NCBI GenBank assembly: GCA_963662795.1
Contig: OY759746.1
Span: forward strand, 3,392,001 to 3,456,000
From: Spirochaetia bacterium
GTDB taxonomy: Bacteria > Spirochaetota > Spirochaetia > CADAEX01
Length of the DNA stretch: 64,000 bases
Direction of reading: 5' to 3'
Under the pieces are notes generated by a model. That model ran no database searches. It saw only the letters and a list, made by a program, of their open reading frames with translations, and had not been told where the DNA came from. Shown here one piece after another: positions 19,869 to 30,436 of the stretch (positions are counted from its first letter, which is position 1; each line of letters starts with the position of its first letter). Both the position numbers and the translations under genes were made by a program.

Positions 19869-21428
19869 ATGAATATAATAAGCTACTGTCCCGGCGGGTT
19901 TGAAGGTGATATCGTAAGCGTAGAGGCCGACCTTAGGACAGGTATTCCCGGGGTAGACCTGGTCGGAATGCCGGATACCGCGGTGCGTGAGTCGATAGAG
20001 CGGGTGAGGATAGCGATAAAAAACTCTTCCTTCGATTTTCCCGGAAAACGGATTGTCGTAAATCTGGCACCGGCGGGGATCAAAAAAGAAGGGGCCTCCT
20101 TTGACCTGCCTATTGCGGTTTCAATACTGCAGAAAACAGGGCTTTTCGGAGACAACAGCCCCCGATCAGTCATGGTACTGGGCGAACTTCAGCTTTCAGG
20201 CATAATCCGCCCCGTAAAGGGTGTGCTCTCGGCAGTTATAGCGGGGGAAAGGGAGAAAACATTTGCCTATATAGTGCCGCAAGGCAATATAGAAGAGGCC
20301 TCCTCCTCGCGGGCTGACAGGATTTATCCGTGCAGATCTCTTTCAGATGCTGTTGAGCTGCTTAAGAATTTAACTGAAAACAGATTCCCTTTAATGCCGG
20401 AAATTGCTGCATCCCCCACATCTGGAGAATCAATGCGGCAGAAATACCATGCCGCCGACAGCGAACCCCTGTCGGATATTAGAGGGCATGAGTACCTTAA
20501 AAAAGCTCTTTGTGTTGCAGCGGCAGGGATGCACAACCTGCTTCTGTTCGGTCCTCCGGGAAGCGGAAAAACTCTGGCCGGCTCCCGGCTTGTCTCTCTG
20601 CTTCCCGACCTTGACCTTGAAGACTCCATCGAAGTTACGAGGATCTATTCTCTTGCAGGCCTTTTAAAACAGGGGACAGGACTTATAAAGCGTCCTCCCT
20701 GCCGCTCTCCTCACCATACATCCTCCATGGAAGGGCTTATAGGCGGAGGAAGGATAATAAAGCCGGGTGAGATTTCGCTTGCCCACAAGGGGGTCCTTTT
20801 TCTGGATGAAACCCCTGAGTTCCGCAAAAGCATCCTGCAGTGCCTTAGAGAGCCCTCGGAGAGAGGCAGGGTCGACCTTGCCCGCGCCGGAAAAAACTGC
20901 TGGTTCCCCGCCGATTTTCAGCTTATTCTTGCAGCAAACCCCTGTCCCTGCGGCAACAGGGGAAAGGATGACTCGGTGTGCCTCTGCAGCGATATAGATA
21001 TATACAGGTACTGGAAAAAGGTGGGAGGCGCGCTCCTTGACAGGATAGATATCAGAGTCCCTGTAATGCCTGTTGATGCTGATATAATATCCGGCAGCAA
21101 GCCGGAGGAAAGTATTGATTACAGGAGCATGGTGCGCAATTCCACTGAAATACAAACTGAAAGGTATAAAGGGAAGCCTTTCAAGCGCAACAGCCGCATC
21201 CCCGCTGGAGAATGCGTTAATTTTATACAGCTTCAGGAGAGGAGCAGGGAGATCCTTTCAAAAGCTGTGAAGAAGTTTTCCTTTTCTTCCCGGGCAGTTC
21301 ATTCAGTCATGAAGATAGCGCGCACCTGCGCCGATATCAAGGGAAACACCTCTATTGTAATCGATCATGACAGCCTGCTTGAAGCTATACAATTGAGGCG
21401 CTATGGCGACAGGGATTTTTTCTGGTAG
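19869..21428 (+). CDS. comM: ComM/YifB Mg-chelatase-like AAA+ ATPase
   Basis: VRES.ERV, NLAPA..KKEG..FDLPIA, GPPGSGKT, PGEISLAHKGVLFLDE, ANPCPCG, LLDRIDI. Confidence 0.92.
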   Translation: MNIISYCPGGFEGDIVSVEADLRTGIPGVDLVGMPDTAVRESIERVRIAIKNSSFDFPGKRIVVNLAPAGIKKEGASFDLPIAVSILQKTGLFGDNSPRSVMVLGELQLSGIIRPVKGVLSAVIAGEREKTFAYIVPQGNIEEASSSRADRIYPCRSLSDAVELLKNLTENRFPLMPEIAASPTSGESMRQKYHAADSEPLSDIRGHEYLKKALCVAAAGMHNLLLFGPPGSGKTLAGSRLVSLLPDLDLEDSIEVTRIYSLAGLLKQGTGLIKRPPCRSPHHTSSMEGLIGGGRIIKPGEISLAHKGVLFLDETPEFRKSILQCLREPSERGRVDLARAGKNCWFPADFQLILAANPCPCGNRGKDDSVCLCSDIDIYRYWKKVGGALLDRIDIRVPVMPVDADIISGSKPEESIDYRSMVRNSTEIQTERYKGKPFKRNSRIPAGECVNFIQLQERSREILSKAVKKFSFSSRAVHSVMKIARTCADIKGNTSIVIDHDSLLEAIQLRRYGDRDFFW

Positions 21429-21523
21429 CGCTCATACCGTTCCCTGTGATTTTAAATATTTTTATAACCAAACATCTCATAATTCTCTTGAATGATAGAG
21501 TGTGAATTATTTATATTATAAAT

Positions 21524-22738
21524 ATGAAACTATATTCCCGCGGACAGGTCTTTTTTTACTCAGTAACAAGCGCAGTTGTTCTGTTCCTTTTTCTCATAGG
21601 ATTCGGCGTAATCAGGATAACTCCGCAAAAGAGCGTATCTTCAGATAAGCAGGATATCGTAAAAGAAGATGATTTTATCTATCAGACTCAGGCCCTGAAG
21701 GATGATCTTGTAAATGTAAATGATTCAGGGCAGTATCTGCCGGATGAACTGGAAAACATAAAGATATATCAGCAGCTCAATGAAGCAGTTGTAAATATTT
21801 CGATTGAAGTAGTAACACTTAACTGGTTTCTTGAGCCTGTACCCCAGCAGGGAGGCAGCGGTTCCGGCGCGATAATAGACAAAAGGGGTTTTATCCTTAC
21901 CAATAAACATGTGGTTGAAAACGCCTACAAGGTGTTTGTAACCCTTGCCGACGGAACCCAGTTTGACGGAAATGTCATCGGCATAGATACTGAGAATGAT
22001 CTTGCTGTTGTAAAAATAGAACCGGGTGATAAAAAACTGGTTACGATTCCCATGGGCGATTCATCAAAGCTTCTTGTAGGCCAGAAAGTTCTTGCCATAG
22101 GAAACCCTTTCGGTTATGAAAGAACGCTTACAACAGGCGTTATATCGGGACTGGGCCGGCCGGTTCAGCCAAGTTCAAGCAGCGGCTACATTGTTAAAGA
22201 CATGATCCAGACAGACGCATCCATCAATCCCGGCAACTCAGGCGGACCTATGATAAATTCACGCGGTGAGATGATAGGCATTAACACAATGATATATTCT
22301 CCTTCCGGCGGTTCAATCGGTATCGGGTTCGCGGTACCAGTAAACACGGCAAGAAGGGTTGTTCCTGATCTTATTAAATACGGCAAGGTGAAAAGGGGCT
22401 GGATTGCGATAGAACCTGTCCAGATTTTTCCTGAACTGGTGAGATATGCGTCCCTCCCTGTGGAGAAAGGTATTCTTGTCTCTAAAACAGCACCGGGAAG
22501 CAAAGCTGAAAAGGCAGGGCTTAGGGGGGGTAAGGAACCTGTGAGGTACGGCAGGTCAACCTTCTATGTTGGCGGCGATATCATTATTGAGACAGACGGA
22601 CTTGCTGTAAATTCTCTGGCTGATTTTTACAGCGCGCTTGAGGATAATAAACCCGGTGAGGTTGTAAAGGTGAAAATTGTAAGGGGAAAAAGGGAGCTTG
22701 AACTTTCCATTGAACTTGAGGAAAGACAAAAGGATTAA
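21524..22738 (+). CDS. htrA: HtrA/DegP-family serine protease (N-terminal TM, trypsin domain, one PDZ)
   Basis: GSGAII, LTNKHVV (His), NDLAV (Asp), IQTDASINPGNSGGP (Ser), C-terminal PDZ. Confidence 0.92.
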   Translation: MKLYSRGQVFFYSVTSAVVLFLFLIGFGVIRITPQKSVSSDKQDIVKEDDFIYQTQALKDDLVNVNDSGQYLPDELENIKIYQQLNEAVVNISIEVVTLNWFLEPVPQQGGSGSGAIIDKRGFILTNKHVVENAYKVFVTLADGTQFDGNVIGIDTENDLAVVKIEPGDKKLVTIPMGDSSKLLVGQKVLAIGNPFGYERTLTTGVISGLGRPVQPSSSSGYIVKDMIQTDASINPGNSGGPMINSRGEMIGINTMIYSPSGGSIGIGFAVPVNTARRVVPDLIKYGKVKRGWIAIEPVQIFPELVRYASLPVEKGILVSKTAPGSKAEKAGLRGGKEPVRYGRSTFYVGGDIIIETDGLAVNSLADFYSALEDNKPGEVVKVKIVRGKRELELSIELEERQKD

Positions 22739-22816
22739 AAGGACCTGCTTTGATTAAATATAAAATATCATCATATTCCCGGCCGGCAGAAGAAAGAACC
22801 ATGAGGCAAATAACAC

Positions 22817-24802
22817 TTGAATAAATTTAAAGTCGCAGCTGAATTCGAACCTGCAGGTGATCAGATAACAGCAATAGAATCGCTATCCGCCGGGATAAAA
22901 TCAGGGTCCAGGATACAGACGCTGAAAGGTGTAACAGGTTCCGGTAAGACCTTTACAATGGCCAAAATAATAGAAAATGTCAACAAACCTGTGCTTGTCC
23001 TTTCGCATAACAAAACACTTGCGGCGCAGCTTTACAGGGAATTTACAGATTTTTTCCCTGATAACGCGGTTGAGTATTTTGTCTCTTATTATGATTATTA
23101 TCAGCCTGAAGCCTATGTACCGTCCAAGGATTTATATATAGAAAAGGACGCGTCAATTAATGACGAGATTGAGCGGCTGCGTCTGTCCGCGACATCAGCG
23201 CTGCTTGACAGAAAAGATGTAATAATTGTTTCAACAGTTTCGTGCATTTACGGGCTGGGCGATCCGAATTCATATAAAAACATGAAGTACCGTTTCCAGG
23301 AAGGGACAACCCTGGATACTTCGGAAATGGCAAGATATTTGATAACGATGCAGTATGAGAGAAACGATGTTACTCCTGTGAGGGGATGCTTCAGAATAAG
23401 GGGAGAGATAATAGAAATATTTCCCTCATACATGAAAAACGGCTACAGGATTGAGCTTGACTGGGAAAAGATTGTAAAAATAAACGAATTCAATCCTGTT
23501 ACAGGCGAGATGTCTTCTGATTTTGATTTTATCACCCTTTATCCGGCGAAGCATTTCGTCGTACCGGAAGATCAGCTTAAAACTGCTGTGGTAAGGATAA
23601 AAGACGAACTTGCCCAAAGGTATCAGCAGCTTACCGCCGAAGGAAAGCTTGTCGAAGCCCAGAGGATAAAAACAAGAACTGAATATGATATCGAGATGCT
23701 TGAAGAAATGGGGTACTGCAACGGGATAGAAAATTATTCACGGCATATCGCCGGAAGGGCAGAAGGGGAAAGACCGGCGGTGCTGCTTGATTATTTTTCT
23801 GATGATTTTATAACATTTGTGGACGAATCCCATGTAACACTTTCCCAGGTAAGGGCGATGTTTGAGGGCGACAGATCAAGAAAACTAAACCTGGTGAATC
23901 ACGGTTTCCGTCTGCCTTCTGCGCTTGACAACAGGCCTCTGTTCTACGATGAGTTTAATTCCATAATCAATCAGGTGATTTTTGTATCTGCAACTCCGGG
24001 CAAAGAGGAAAAAGCAAGATCCGAAAGGTTTGTTGAGCAGATAATCAGGCCGACCGGGCTCCTTGATCCCGAGATTGAAATTCTGCCGACAAAAGGGCAG
24101 ATTGAACATCTCTACGGCGAAATAAAAAAAAGAATTGAAAACAATGAACGGACTTTGATTACAACACTGACCAAAAGGATGGCAGAGGATTTAACCGCTT
24201 ACTTTGTTGAAACAGGACTTAAGGTAAGATATCTTCACTCTGAGATTGAAACATTTGAGAGAGTCGAAATACTTCGCGATCTCAGGGCCGGCGTAACTGA
24301 TGTAATTATTGGAATAAACCTTTTACGGGAAGGTCTAGATTTACCCGAAGTTTCACTCATCGCGATAATGGATGCGGACAAGATCGGATTTCTCCGCTCT
24401 TCCACATCATTGATTCAGACCATAGGAAGGGCGGCAAGAAATGTAAACGGCAGGGTTATCATGTTTGCCGACAAGATTACAGATGCCATGAAAGAAGCGA
24501 TTGAAGAAACACAGCGCAGAAGGGAAATCCAGAACAGTTATAATCTTCAGCACGGGATAACCCCTCTTACAATAAAAAAATCGATTCAGGATATTTTAAA
24601 ACGAAAAATTGAAGAGAAGAAAAAAAGCAGCGAACTTGATGTGGAAATTATCAAGAGCAGATATAACATTATTAATAAAATCGATAAAAAGAAACTAATC
24701 AGGGAACTTGAAGCTGTAATGCTTGAACACGCCAAAAATCTTGATTTTGAAGATGCTGCTTTTGTACGGGATGAAATAATAAAACTTAAAGATACTGAAT
24801 GA
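22817..24802 (+). CDS. uvrB: Excinuclease ABC subunit B
   Basis: PAGDQ, GVTGSGKT, HNKTLAAQL, YFVSYYDYYQPEAY, DESH, GFRLPSA.DNRPL, INLLREGLDLPEV; TTG start. Confidence 0.97.
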   Translation: MNKFKVAAEFEPAGDQITAIESLSAGIKSGSRIQTLKGVTGSGKTFTMAKIIENVNKPVLVLSHNKTLAAQLYREFTDFFPDNAVEYFVSYYDYYQPEAYVPSKDLYIEKDASINDEIERLRLSATSALLDRKDVIIVSTVSCIYGLGDPNSYKNMKYRFQEGTTLDTSEMARYLITMQYERNDVTPVRGCFRIRGEIIEIFPSYMKNGYRIELDWEKIVKINEFNPVTGEMSSDFDFITLYPAKHFVVPEDQLKTAVVRIKDELAQRYQQLTAEGKLVEAQRIKTRTEYDIEMLEEMGYCNGIENYSRHIAGRAEGERPAVLLDYFSDDFITFVDESHVTLSQVRAMFEGDRSRKLNLVNHGFRLPSALDNRPLFYDEFNSIINQVIFVSATPGKEEKARSERFVEQIIRPTGLLDPEIEILPTKGQIEHLYGEIKKRIENNERTLITTLTKRMAEDLTAYFVETGLKVRYLHSEIETFERVEILRDLRAGVTDVIIGINLLREGLDLPEVSLIAIMDADKIGFLRSSTSLIQTIGRAARNVNGRVIMFADKITDAMKEAIEETQRRREIQNSYNLQHGITPLTIKKSIQDILKRKIEEKKKSSELDVEIIKSRYNIINKIDKKKLIRELEAVMLEHAKNLDFEDAAFVRDEIIKLKDTE

Positions 24803-24834
24803 CATATTTTACAAAATATTATATTATCTGTTTT

Positions 24835-25221
24835 ATGAAAAATCCTCTTATCCATTTTGCCCTGCCTCTTTTTGTAATATTGTTTTTTGCATCATGTTCA
24901 AAAAAAGAACAGATAGCCATAATAGATCTTCCCGCGACCCAGGTTCTTGAACAGAATACAAATTTCGCAATTATTACATCTTCACATTTAAGGCTCAGGG
25001 AGGAACCTTCCATCAAGGCAAAGGCAATAACTACACTCTGGAAAGGATATGTACTTGAAATAATCTCAAGATCTACCAAAAAAGAGATTGTCGAAGGTTA
25101 TGAGAATTACTGGTATCAGATAAACTATGACGGTCTTCGGGGATGGATATTCGGAGCCTATATCAGGGTCTTTCCAACAATTGAAAAAGCGCGGGAAGCT
25201 TCAAAAACCATGCAGCAGTAA
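24835..25221 (+). CDS. SH3b-domain lipoprotein
   Basis: Lipobox FFAS-C; LRLREEPS...WYQI...GWIFGAY typical of bacterial SH3. An alternative start at 24799 overlaps the uvrB stop. Confidence 0.8.
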   Translation: MKNPLIHFALPLFVILFFASCSKKEQIAIIDLPATQVLEQNTNFAIITSSHLRLREEPSIKAKAITTLWKGYVLEIISRSTKKEIVEGYENYWYQINYDGLRGWIFGAYIRVFPTIEKAREASKTMQQ

Positions 25222-25235
25222 TAAAGCAAAACAGA

Positions 25236-26309
25236 TTATGTAAAACAGATTGTTTTCTCAGGGTCAATCCTGAATACAGCATAATCCTTATCAAGTGTTT
25301 TATACGGAAAATAATCATAAAGAATTATTTTCATATTTTTTCCGGCCGGGGGCTGCGCTTCAATCCGGTAGTAACTTCCAAGAAAAGTTTTTTTTGTGAT
25401 TTTGACCTTAATATGGTTGGAATTATTGTTTTCGCCGGCAGGACCTGACTCCCGCAAAGCGGTTATTTCGCAGGATTCAGGTCTGAAAAAAATATATGAT
25501 ATATTTCCTGCTTCAGTTAATGAAATTGTTCTTTCAGGCATATTGAATAACCCGGCGTCAGTCATAACTTTATCACCATTTATACCTGTTATTGTCAGCC
25601 AGTTTGATTCGCCTATAAACCGGGCTGCGAACCGGGACTTCGGATTGTGATAAAGGTTTAAAGGAGAATCTGTCTGTTCAATTCTTCCATTGTTCATAAC
25701 GCATATCCTGTCCGAGAGGGAAAGTGCTTCTTCCTGGTCATGGGTAACATATATGGTTGTCAGTCCTGTTTTTTCATGGATTTCCCGTATCTCGTTTCTC
25801 AGCGTATTTCTCAAAGTCACATCAAGCGCGCTTAACGGTTCATCAAGCAGAAGTATTTCAGGCTCGGCTGCAATTGCCCTTGCAAGGGCTACTCTCTGTT
25901 TTTCCCCTCCGGAAAGCAAGTCTGTATTTCTGGCGGCATATTTTTCCATTCTTATAGATGATAAAAGTGACTCTGCCTTATTGGCAATTCTCTGTTTATC
26001 CCATCTTTTCGATTCAGGCCCGTATGTGATGTTTTTATATACATTTCTGTTCGGGAAAAGGGCATAATTCTGAAAAACTATTGATATATTCCTCTCCCGG
26101 GGCGGCAAGTCTGTTATATCCTTTCCTGAAAGAAAAATCTTTCCCTTATCAGGTTTGATAAATCCTGCGATAATCCTGAGCAGCGTTGTCTTCCCGCATC
26201 CCGACGGCCCTGATAATGTAAACAGTTCCCCGTTTTCAATGTGGAAATCAACAACTATATCAAAATCATCATAATGTTTGTAAATTCCTTTCAATTCAAG
26301 ATATTTCAT
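25236..26309 (-). CDS. thiQ: ABC transporter ATP-binding subunit (thiamine, ThiQ-like)
   Basis: GPSGCGKTT, LSGGEKQRVALARA, LLLDEP, YVTHDQEEA; last gene of the TPP-riboswitch operon. Confidence 0.8.
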   Translation of the reverse strand: MKYLELKGIYKHYDDFDIVVDFHIENGELFTLSGPSGCGKTTLLRIIAGFIKPDKGKIFLSGKDITDLPPRERNISIVFQNYALFPNRNVYKNITYGPESKRWDKQRIANKAESLLSSIRMEKYAARNTDLLSGGEKQRVALARAIAAEPEILLLDEPLSALDVTLRNTLRNEIREIHEKTGLTTIYVTHDQEEALSLSDRICVMNNGRIEQTDSPLNLYHNPKSRFAARFIGESNWLTITGINGDKVMTDAGLFNMPERTISLTEAGNISYIFFRPESCEITALRESGPAGENNNSNHIKVKITKKTFLGSYYRIEAQPPAGKNMKIILYDYFPYKTLDKDYAVFRIDPEKTICFT

Positions 26310-27931
26310 AATTCTATCCTTCCTGATTTATCAATTAGAAAAAAAGAAATAACGCAGGTGACAATCAGGATGGAGCCCATGGCGCATGCCTGACTGAAGT
26401 TATACGATCCGATAAGGCGATAAATGGCAACCGGAATGGTTGTGAACCTGTCAGGCGCTATCATCAGGGTGGAGTTTATCTCTCCCATTGAGAGGGCAAA
26501 GGCAAGTACGCCGCCCGTAATTATTCCACCGCGGACAAGGGGAAGTTCAATGGTGAATAATATTCTTCTCCTGCCGGCTCCTATGCTTTCTGCAGATTCA
26601 ATAATGCTTCTGTCAATTTTATCATAGAAAACTGAGATGCTTTTAAATACAAGGGGGAGAAATATTACAGAATGCAGCATACTGAGCAGTACCAGCGGCT
26701 GGATTTCTATCTGAAAATCAGAAACAGCTTTCATATAGGAAAGTGAAAGAATAATTGACGATACGCCGAGACTCATGGCAAAAAACGTTTCAATCAATAC
26801 TTTCATGACAGTTTTTTTTCTCTGAAGAAAAGAAAGCGCGGCAACGGAAACTGCGCAGGTTAATAAAGTATTGAATGAAGCAAGAATGAGGCTGTTTTTG
26901 ACCGGACGGAATCCCAGCTCTGAAAAACTTTTTATATACCACCTGAGGCTGAAAACCGCGTCCCCGGCATGGGAGCTTTTAAACCTGAAAGATTCAAAAA
27001 TTATCATAGCAAGCGGCATTATGATAATTATGAAAAGAAAAAGGAAAAACAGAACTATAAGAATTATCTGTAATAATGATGAAGATCGCTGTTTTTCAGG
27101 TATCCGGAAATTATCTGAATAAATCATGGATGTTTTTTTCTGAAAAAAAGAATAGATAAATAAAAATGAAAGAGTAACAAAAGACTGAAGCACTGAAAGC
27201 GAACAGGCCGCCCTTATATCCATTGATGTCCTTACCAGCCGGTATATCTCAACTTCGAGTGTTGTAAACTTCGGTCCGCCGCCAAGCACCAGTATGATTG
27301 AAAAACTCATAAAACAGAGGATGAAAATAAGTGAGAAAGCCGCAATGACCGGAGGCAGTATCTGCGGCAGCACGGCTGTCATGAAAACCCGCAGCTTTGT
27401 CGCACCCAGACTTTCAGCCGCTTCGATTATATCGCCGGATATCCTCTCCCATGCTGAACTTACAATCCTTATAAATAAAGGTGAATTGTAAAACACATGG
27501 GCAAGTATTATAGCTTTGAAGCTGTAGAGTATTAAAAACGGCGGTTTTTCAAGATTAAACAGTTTCATTGCGGCTGAATTTATCAAACCGTTATTTCCGA
27601 ATAACAGGACAAAACCGAGAACCACAATAATTGACGGAAGAACAAACGGTACAAGGGTAATTGATTTTATAATATTTTTAAAAGGAAAATTGAAATTAAC
27701 AAGTATGTATGCGCCTATCAGCCCCGGGATCATCGAAAAAAAAGCGCTGAAAAAAGCCTGTTTAAGTGTAAAAAGGAACACACTTTTAAAATATGATTCA
27801 GATAAACTATTTATAAGAGATGACGGTGAGACCCCTGATATCAAAAGATTAGCCAGAGGAAGATAGAAAGCGAGAAGAATAAATAAAAACGGCAGGGAAT
27901 AAAAAACTGCCGCGCTTTTCTTTACCGTCAT
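26306..27931 (-). CDS. thiP: ABC transporter permease (thiamine, ThiP)
   Basis: Duplicated permease with two EAA loops (EAAESLGA, ESAESIGA), LAHVFYN, TTLEVEIY. Confidence 0.88.
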   Translation of the reverse strand: MTVKKSAAVFYSLPFLFILLAFYLPLANLLISGVSPSSLINSLSESYFKSVFLFTLKQAFFSAFFSMIPGLIGAYILVNFNFPFKNIIKSITLVPFVLPSIIVVLGFVLLFGNNGLINSAAMKLFNLEKPPFLILYSFKAIILAHVFYNSPLFIRIVSSAWERISGDIIEAAESLGATKLRVFMTAVLPQILPPVIAAFSLIFILCFMSFSIILVLGGGPKFTTLEVEIYRLVRTSMDIRAACSLSVLQSFVTLSFLFIYSFFQKKTSMIYSDNFRIPEKQRSSSLLQIILIVLFFLFLFIIIIMPLAMIIFESFRFKSSHAGDAVFSLRWYIKSFSELGFRPVKNSLILASFNTLLTCAVSVAALSFLQRKKTVMKVLIETFFAMSLGVSSIILSLSYMKAVSDFQIEIQPLVLLSMLHSVIFLPLVFKSISVFYDKIDRSIIESAESIGAGRRRILFTIELPLVRGGIITGGVLAFALSMGEINSTLMIAPDRFTTIPVAIYRLIGSYNFSQACAMGSILIVTCVISFFLIDKSGRIEL

Positions 27932-27935
27932 CTTT

Positions 27936-28958
27936 TTAATTTTCCTGGTCCCTGACTGCGGTAAGCCATTCTTTTATCCAGCTGTCAATATTTTCAGCTG
28001 CTTTTCCGCTGTCAAAAAGAAGATATGTTTCCGGTTTGAGAGCGACTCTGTATGAATCAGGGAGAGGTATATCCCTGACAGGAAACATCCAGTTTGTAAG
28101 GGGAAGTTCCTTCTGGAAATCATCAGAAAGGATAAAATCAATGAATTTTTCAGCCTCTTTCCTCTTTTTTGACCCTTTTACAATTGCAGCCCCTTCAATA
28201 TGCATGTAATTACCGTTTTTGAATACCGCTGCTTTATATTTCTCACTGTTTTCATATTCAAGATGATATGCCGGGCTTGTCGTATAACTTAAAACCATAG
28301 GTGCTTCCCCGTTGACAAACAGGCCGTAGCCTGAATCCCAGCCTTCTGTGATTGTAAGTATATTGGGAGAAAGTTTTTTCCAGTATTCAATAAAATCATC
28401 CCCATAGGCCTTAACAGTCCAGAGTAAAAAACCGAGGCCGGGCCCTGAAGTTCTTGGATCCATCAGAATAATTGATTTACTGTAACTCTTGTCAAGAAGG
28501 TCATCAAGCGAGGAGGGCGGTACTGAGATTTTTTCGCTGTCATATATGATAGAGAAAAATCCGTAATCATAAGGCGTTATATGACCGGATTTATCAAAAA
28601 CAAGTTTATCATCGATTTTTGACAATGCGCCTGAAGTATATTTTTCAAGTATACCGGCTGATATTGCTTTTTCCGCCATATTATTGTCTATGCCGATTAC
28701 AATATCAGCTTCCGGTTTTTCCTTTTCAAGAATAAGACGGCTTAATACCTGGCCTGCATCGCCGGGTGAGACAATTTCAGTTTTAATTCCGGTTTTTTCT
28801 TCAAACAGCGGAAATACCTTCGGCCCCGGCCCCCATTCCGAAATAAAGGAATCATAGGCATAGATTACAAGATTTTCAGATACATTGCTTTTTTTTGAGC
28901 AGGAAACTGAAAACATCAAAAGAAAAACAATAAGAACCGCTGCAATAAAATTTTTCAC
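27936..28958 (-). CDS. thiB: Thiamine ABC transporter substrate-binding lipoprotein
   Basis: Lipobox SVS-C; YAYDSF.SEWGPGP, DPRTS.PGLGFL, GW...YG.F..GEAPMVLSYTTSPAYH, TNWMFP; GTG start with AGGAGG SD. Confidence 0.93.
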   Translation of the reverse strand: MKNFIAAVLIVFLLMFSVSCSKKSNVSENLVIYAYDSFISEWGPGPKVFPLFEEKTGIKTEIVSPGDAGQVLSRLILEKEKPEADIVIGIDNNMAEKAISAGILEKYTSGALSKIDDKLVFDKSGHITPYDYGFFSIIYDSEKISVPPSSLDDLLDKSYSKSIILMDPRTSGPGLGFLLWTVKAYGDDFIEYWKKLSPNILTITEGWDSGYGLFVNGEAPMVLSYTTSPAYHLEYENSEKYKAAVFKNGNYMHIEGAAIVKGSKKRKEAEKFIDFILSDDFQKELPLTNWMFPVRDIPLPDSYRVALKPETYLLFDSGKAAENIDSWIKEWLTAVRDQEN

Positions 28959-29111
28959 AATAACCCTCCTGAAGATTTAAATCAGGGATATCCGCAATTG
29001 CTGACAGGATGTTAAGCCCGGTGCAGTCAAAACCGGACAGCAACATTCCAATCCAAACAGCTGGATTCCCGATAGAGTTTTTGTGCATATGAAAGGGGAA
29101 TGAAAAATGTT

Positions 29112-29184
29112 GTACTCCCTACGCTGGCATTATCCAGATCAGGTTCAACGGGTATTATCTCAGGCTTAAATCGCCACCCCACAT
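29112..29184 (-). ncRNA. TPP riboswitch aptamer
   Basis: Minus strand reads GGGGTGGCG...GCCTGAGATAATACCCGTTGAACCTGATCTGGATAATGCCAGCGTAGGGA, containing the conserved CTGAGA, ACCTGAT and AGCGTAGGGA elements; lies upstream of thiBPQ. Confidence 0.95.
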
Positions 29185-29203
29185 ACACAGAAAAGTTATA
29201 TTA

Positions 29204-29231
29204 ATTATATTATTTTTAATCCAATAGTCAA
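29204..29231 (-). promoter_or_regulatory. sigma70 promoter of the thi leader
   Basis: TTGACT-N16-TATAAT just upstream of the aptamer. Confidence 0.7.
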
Positions 29232-29236
29232 CAGTA

Positions 29237-30415
29237 TCAGCTGTAAATAAATTTCTTTTTTCTTATATAGAGGACAAACGGCAGTCCGATAAATGAGACG
29301 CAGCCGGATAATAAAAATGCGTTACTTAAACCGAGAATATCTCCCGCAATTCCTGTAAAAACCAGTGCCGCGGAAATAGTAAGAAAATCAATCATTATGT
29401 AAATACTGCTGCTTACTGTAGGGTTTTTCCCGTTTACAGCCTGTACATAAGCAAGAATTACAGGTGCTGACGCGAAAGAGACAAACCCGGTCAGTATAAT
29501 CAGTGTCATTAGAATAATTGTAGAAGTATTACCTGCAAACAGAAAAAGAAACATCAGAACAGGCGATAAGGCAGATATTACAAGCAGTGTGTTGTTTTTG
29601 CCGAATCTGTCAGAAATTGGTCCTGCCAGCATTGTGCCGGCGGCAGCTGATATCTGAAGGACTGAAAGAGATATACCTGAAAACCATAGCGAGTGGCCCC
29701 TGGATGTAAGGTAGGCAGGAAGAAAAGCGTTGAGCACTGATGAGATGCTTGACCTTGCAATCATGAGCATTAAAACCGGAAGAAAGAACCCTTTCATGGT
29801 TTTTAATACAAGAAAAAATTTCTCTTCAGAAACAGTTGATGCATTACGGTTGTTTTCATTGGAACTTTCATCCCTGAATTTCAGGATTACGGCCAAAGAC
29901 ATAATAAGAGCGAGAGGGAGAAGGAAATAAACCCTTCCCGGTCCCCAGAGTGATATGGCCGCAAGAATCAGCAGAGGGCCTACTCCCCGGGACATTTCGC
30001 CGCCGAACATATAAAAGCTCATTCCAAGCCCTATTCTGCTGCCTGAATGCTTTTTTATCATTACCGGCCCGATTATATGAAAAAAGCATGCGCTAAGTCC
30101 CATTATCAGAATCAGGGTTGAAAGAGCAAAATAAGAGGGTGCTGCGGTTATAAAACACATACTTGCCGCAGTTACCATAATTGAAACGGAAAGGACAAGT
30201 GCAACAGGTTTCCTTGATGCAAAATTGCCGATAACAGGGTTTAACAGCGCCGGCAGCCTGTGGAAAATGGATAAAAGTCCTGCCTGTGAATAGCTTATTC
30301 CGAGGGTCTGTATTATAAGGGGAAGGGCGGGTGACAAAAAATGGCTGAAAAGATCATGAAAAAAATGGGATGCTGAAACTGTTGCTACAGAAAATAAATC
30401 AAATCTTTTTTTCAT
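29237..30415 (-). CDS. MFS transporter (Fsr-like)
   Basis: About 12 TM segments; SHFFHD, GPISDRFG MFS loop motif. Confidence 0.85.
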   Translation of the reverse strand: MKKRFDLFSVATVSASHFFHDLFSHFLSPALPLIIQTLGISYSQAGLLSIFHRLPALLNPVIGNFASRKPVALVLSVSIMVTAASMCFITAAPSYFALSTLILIMGLSACFFHIIGPVMIKKHSGSRIGLGMSFYMFGGEMSRGVGPLLILAAISLWGPGRVYFLLPLALIMSLAVILKFRDESSNENNRNASTVSEEKFFLVLKTMKGFFLPVLMLMIARSSISSVLNAFLPAYLTSRGHSLWFSGISLSVLQISAAAGTMLAGPISDRFGKNNTLLVISALSPVLMFLFLFAGNTSTIILMTLIILTGFVSFASAPVILAYVQAVNGKNPTVSSSIYIMIDFLTISAALVFTGIAGDILGLSNAFLLSGCVSFIGLPFVLYIRKKKFIYS

Positions 30416-30436
30416 ACTGTAAAAACTCTCCCTGAA

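Noticed and set aside
19869-21428. comM as an integration site for a mobile element
   Set aside because: The ORF is intact and full length, with no integrase nearby.
28876-29088. 70-aa ORF in the thi leader as a leader peptide
   Set aside because: No SD, it overlaps thiB out of frame, and the region is explained as riboswitch expression platform.
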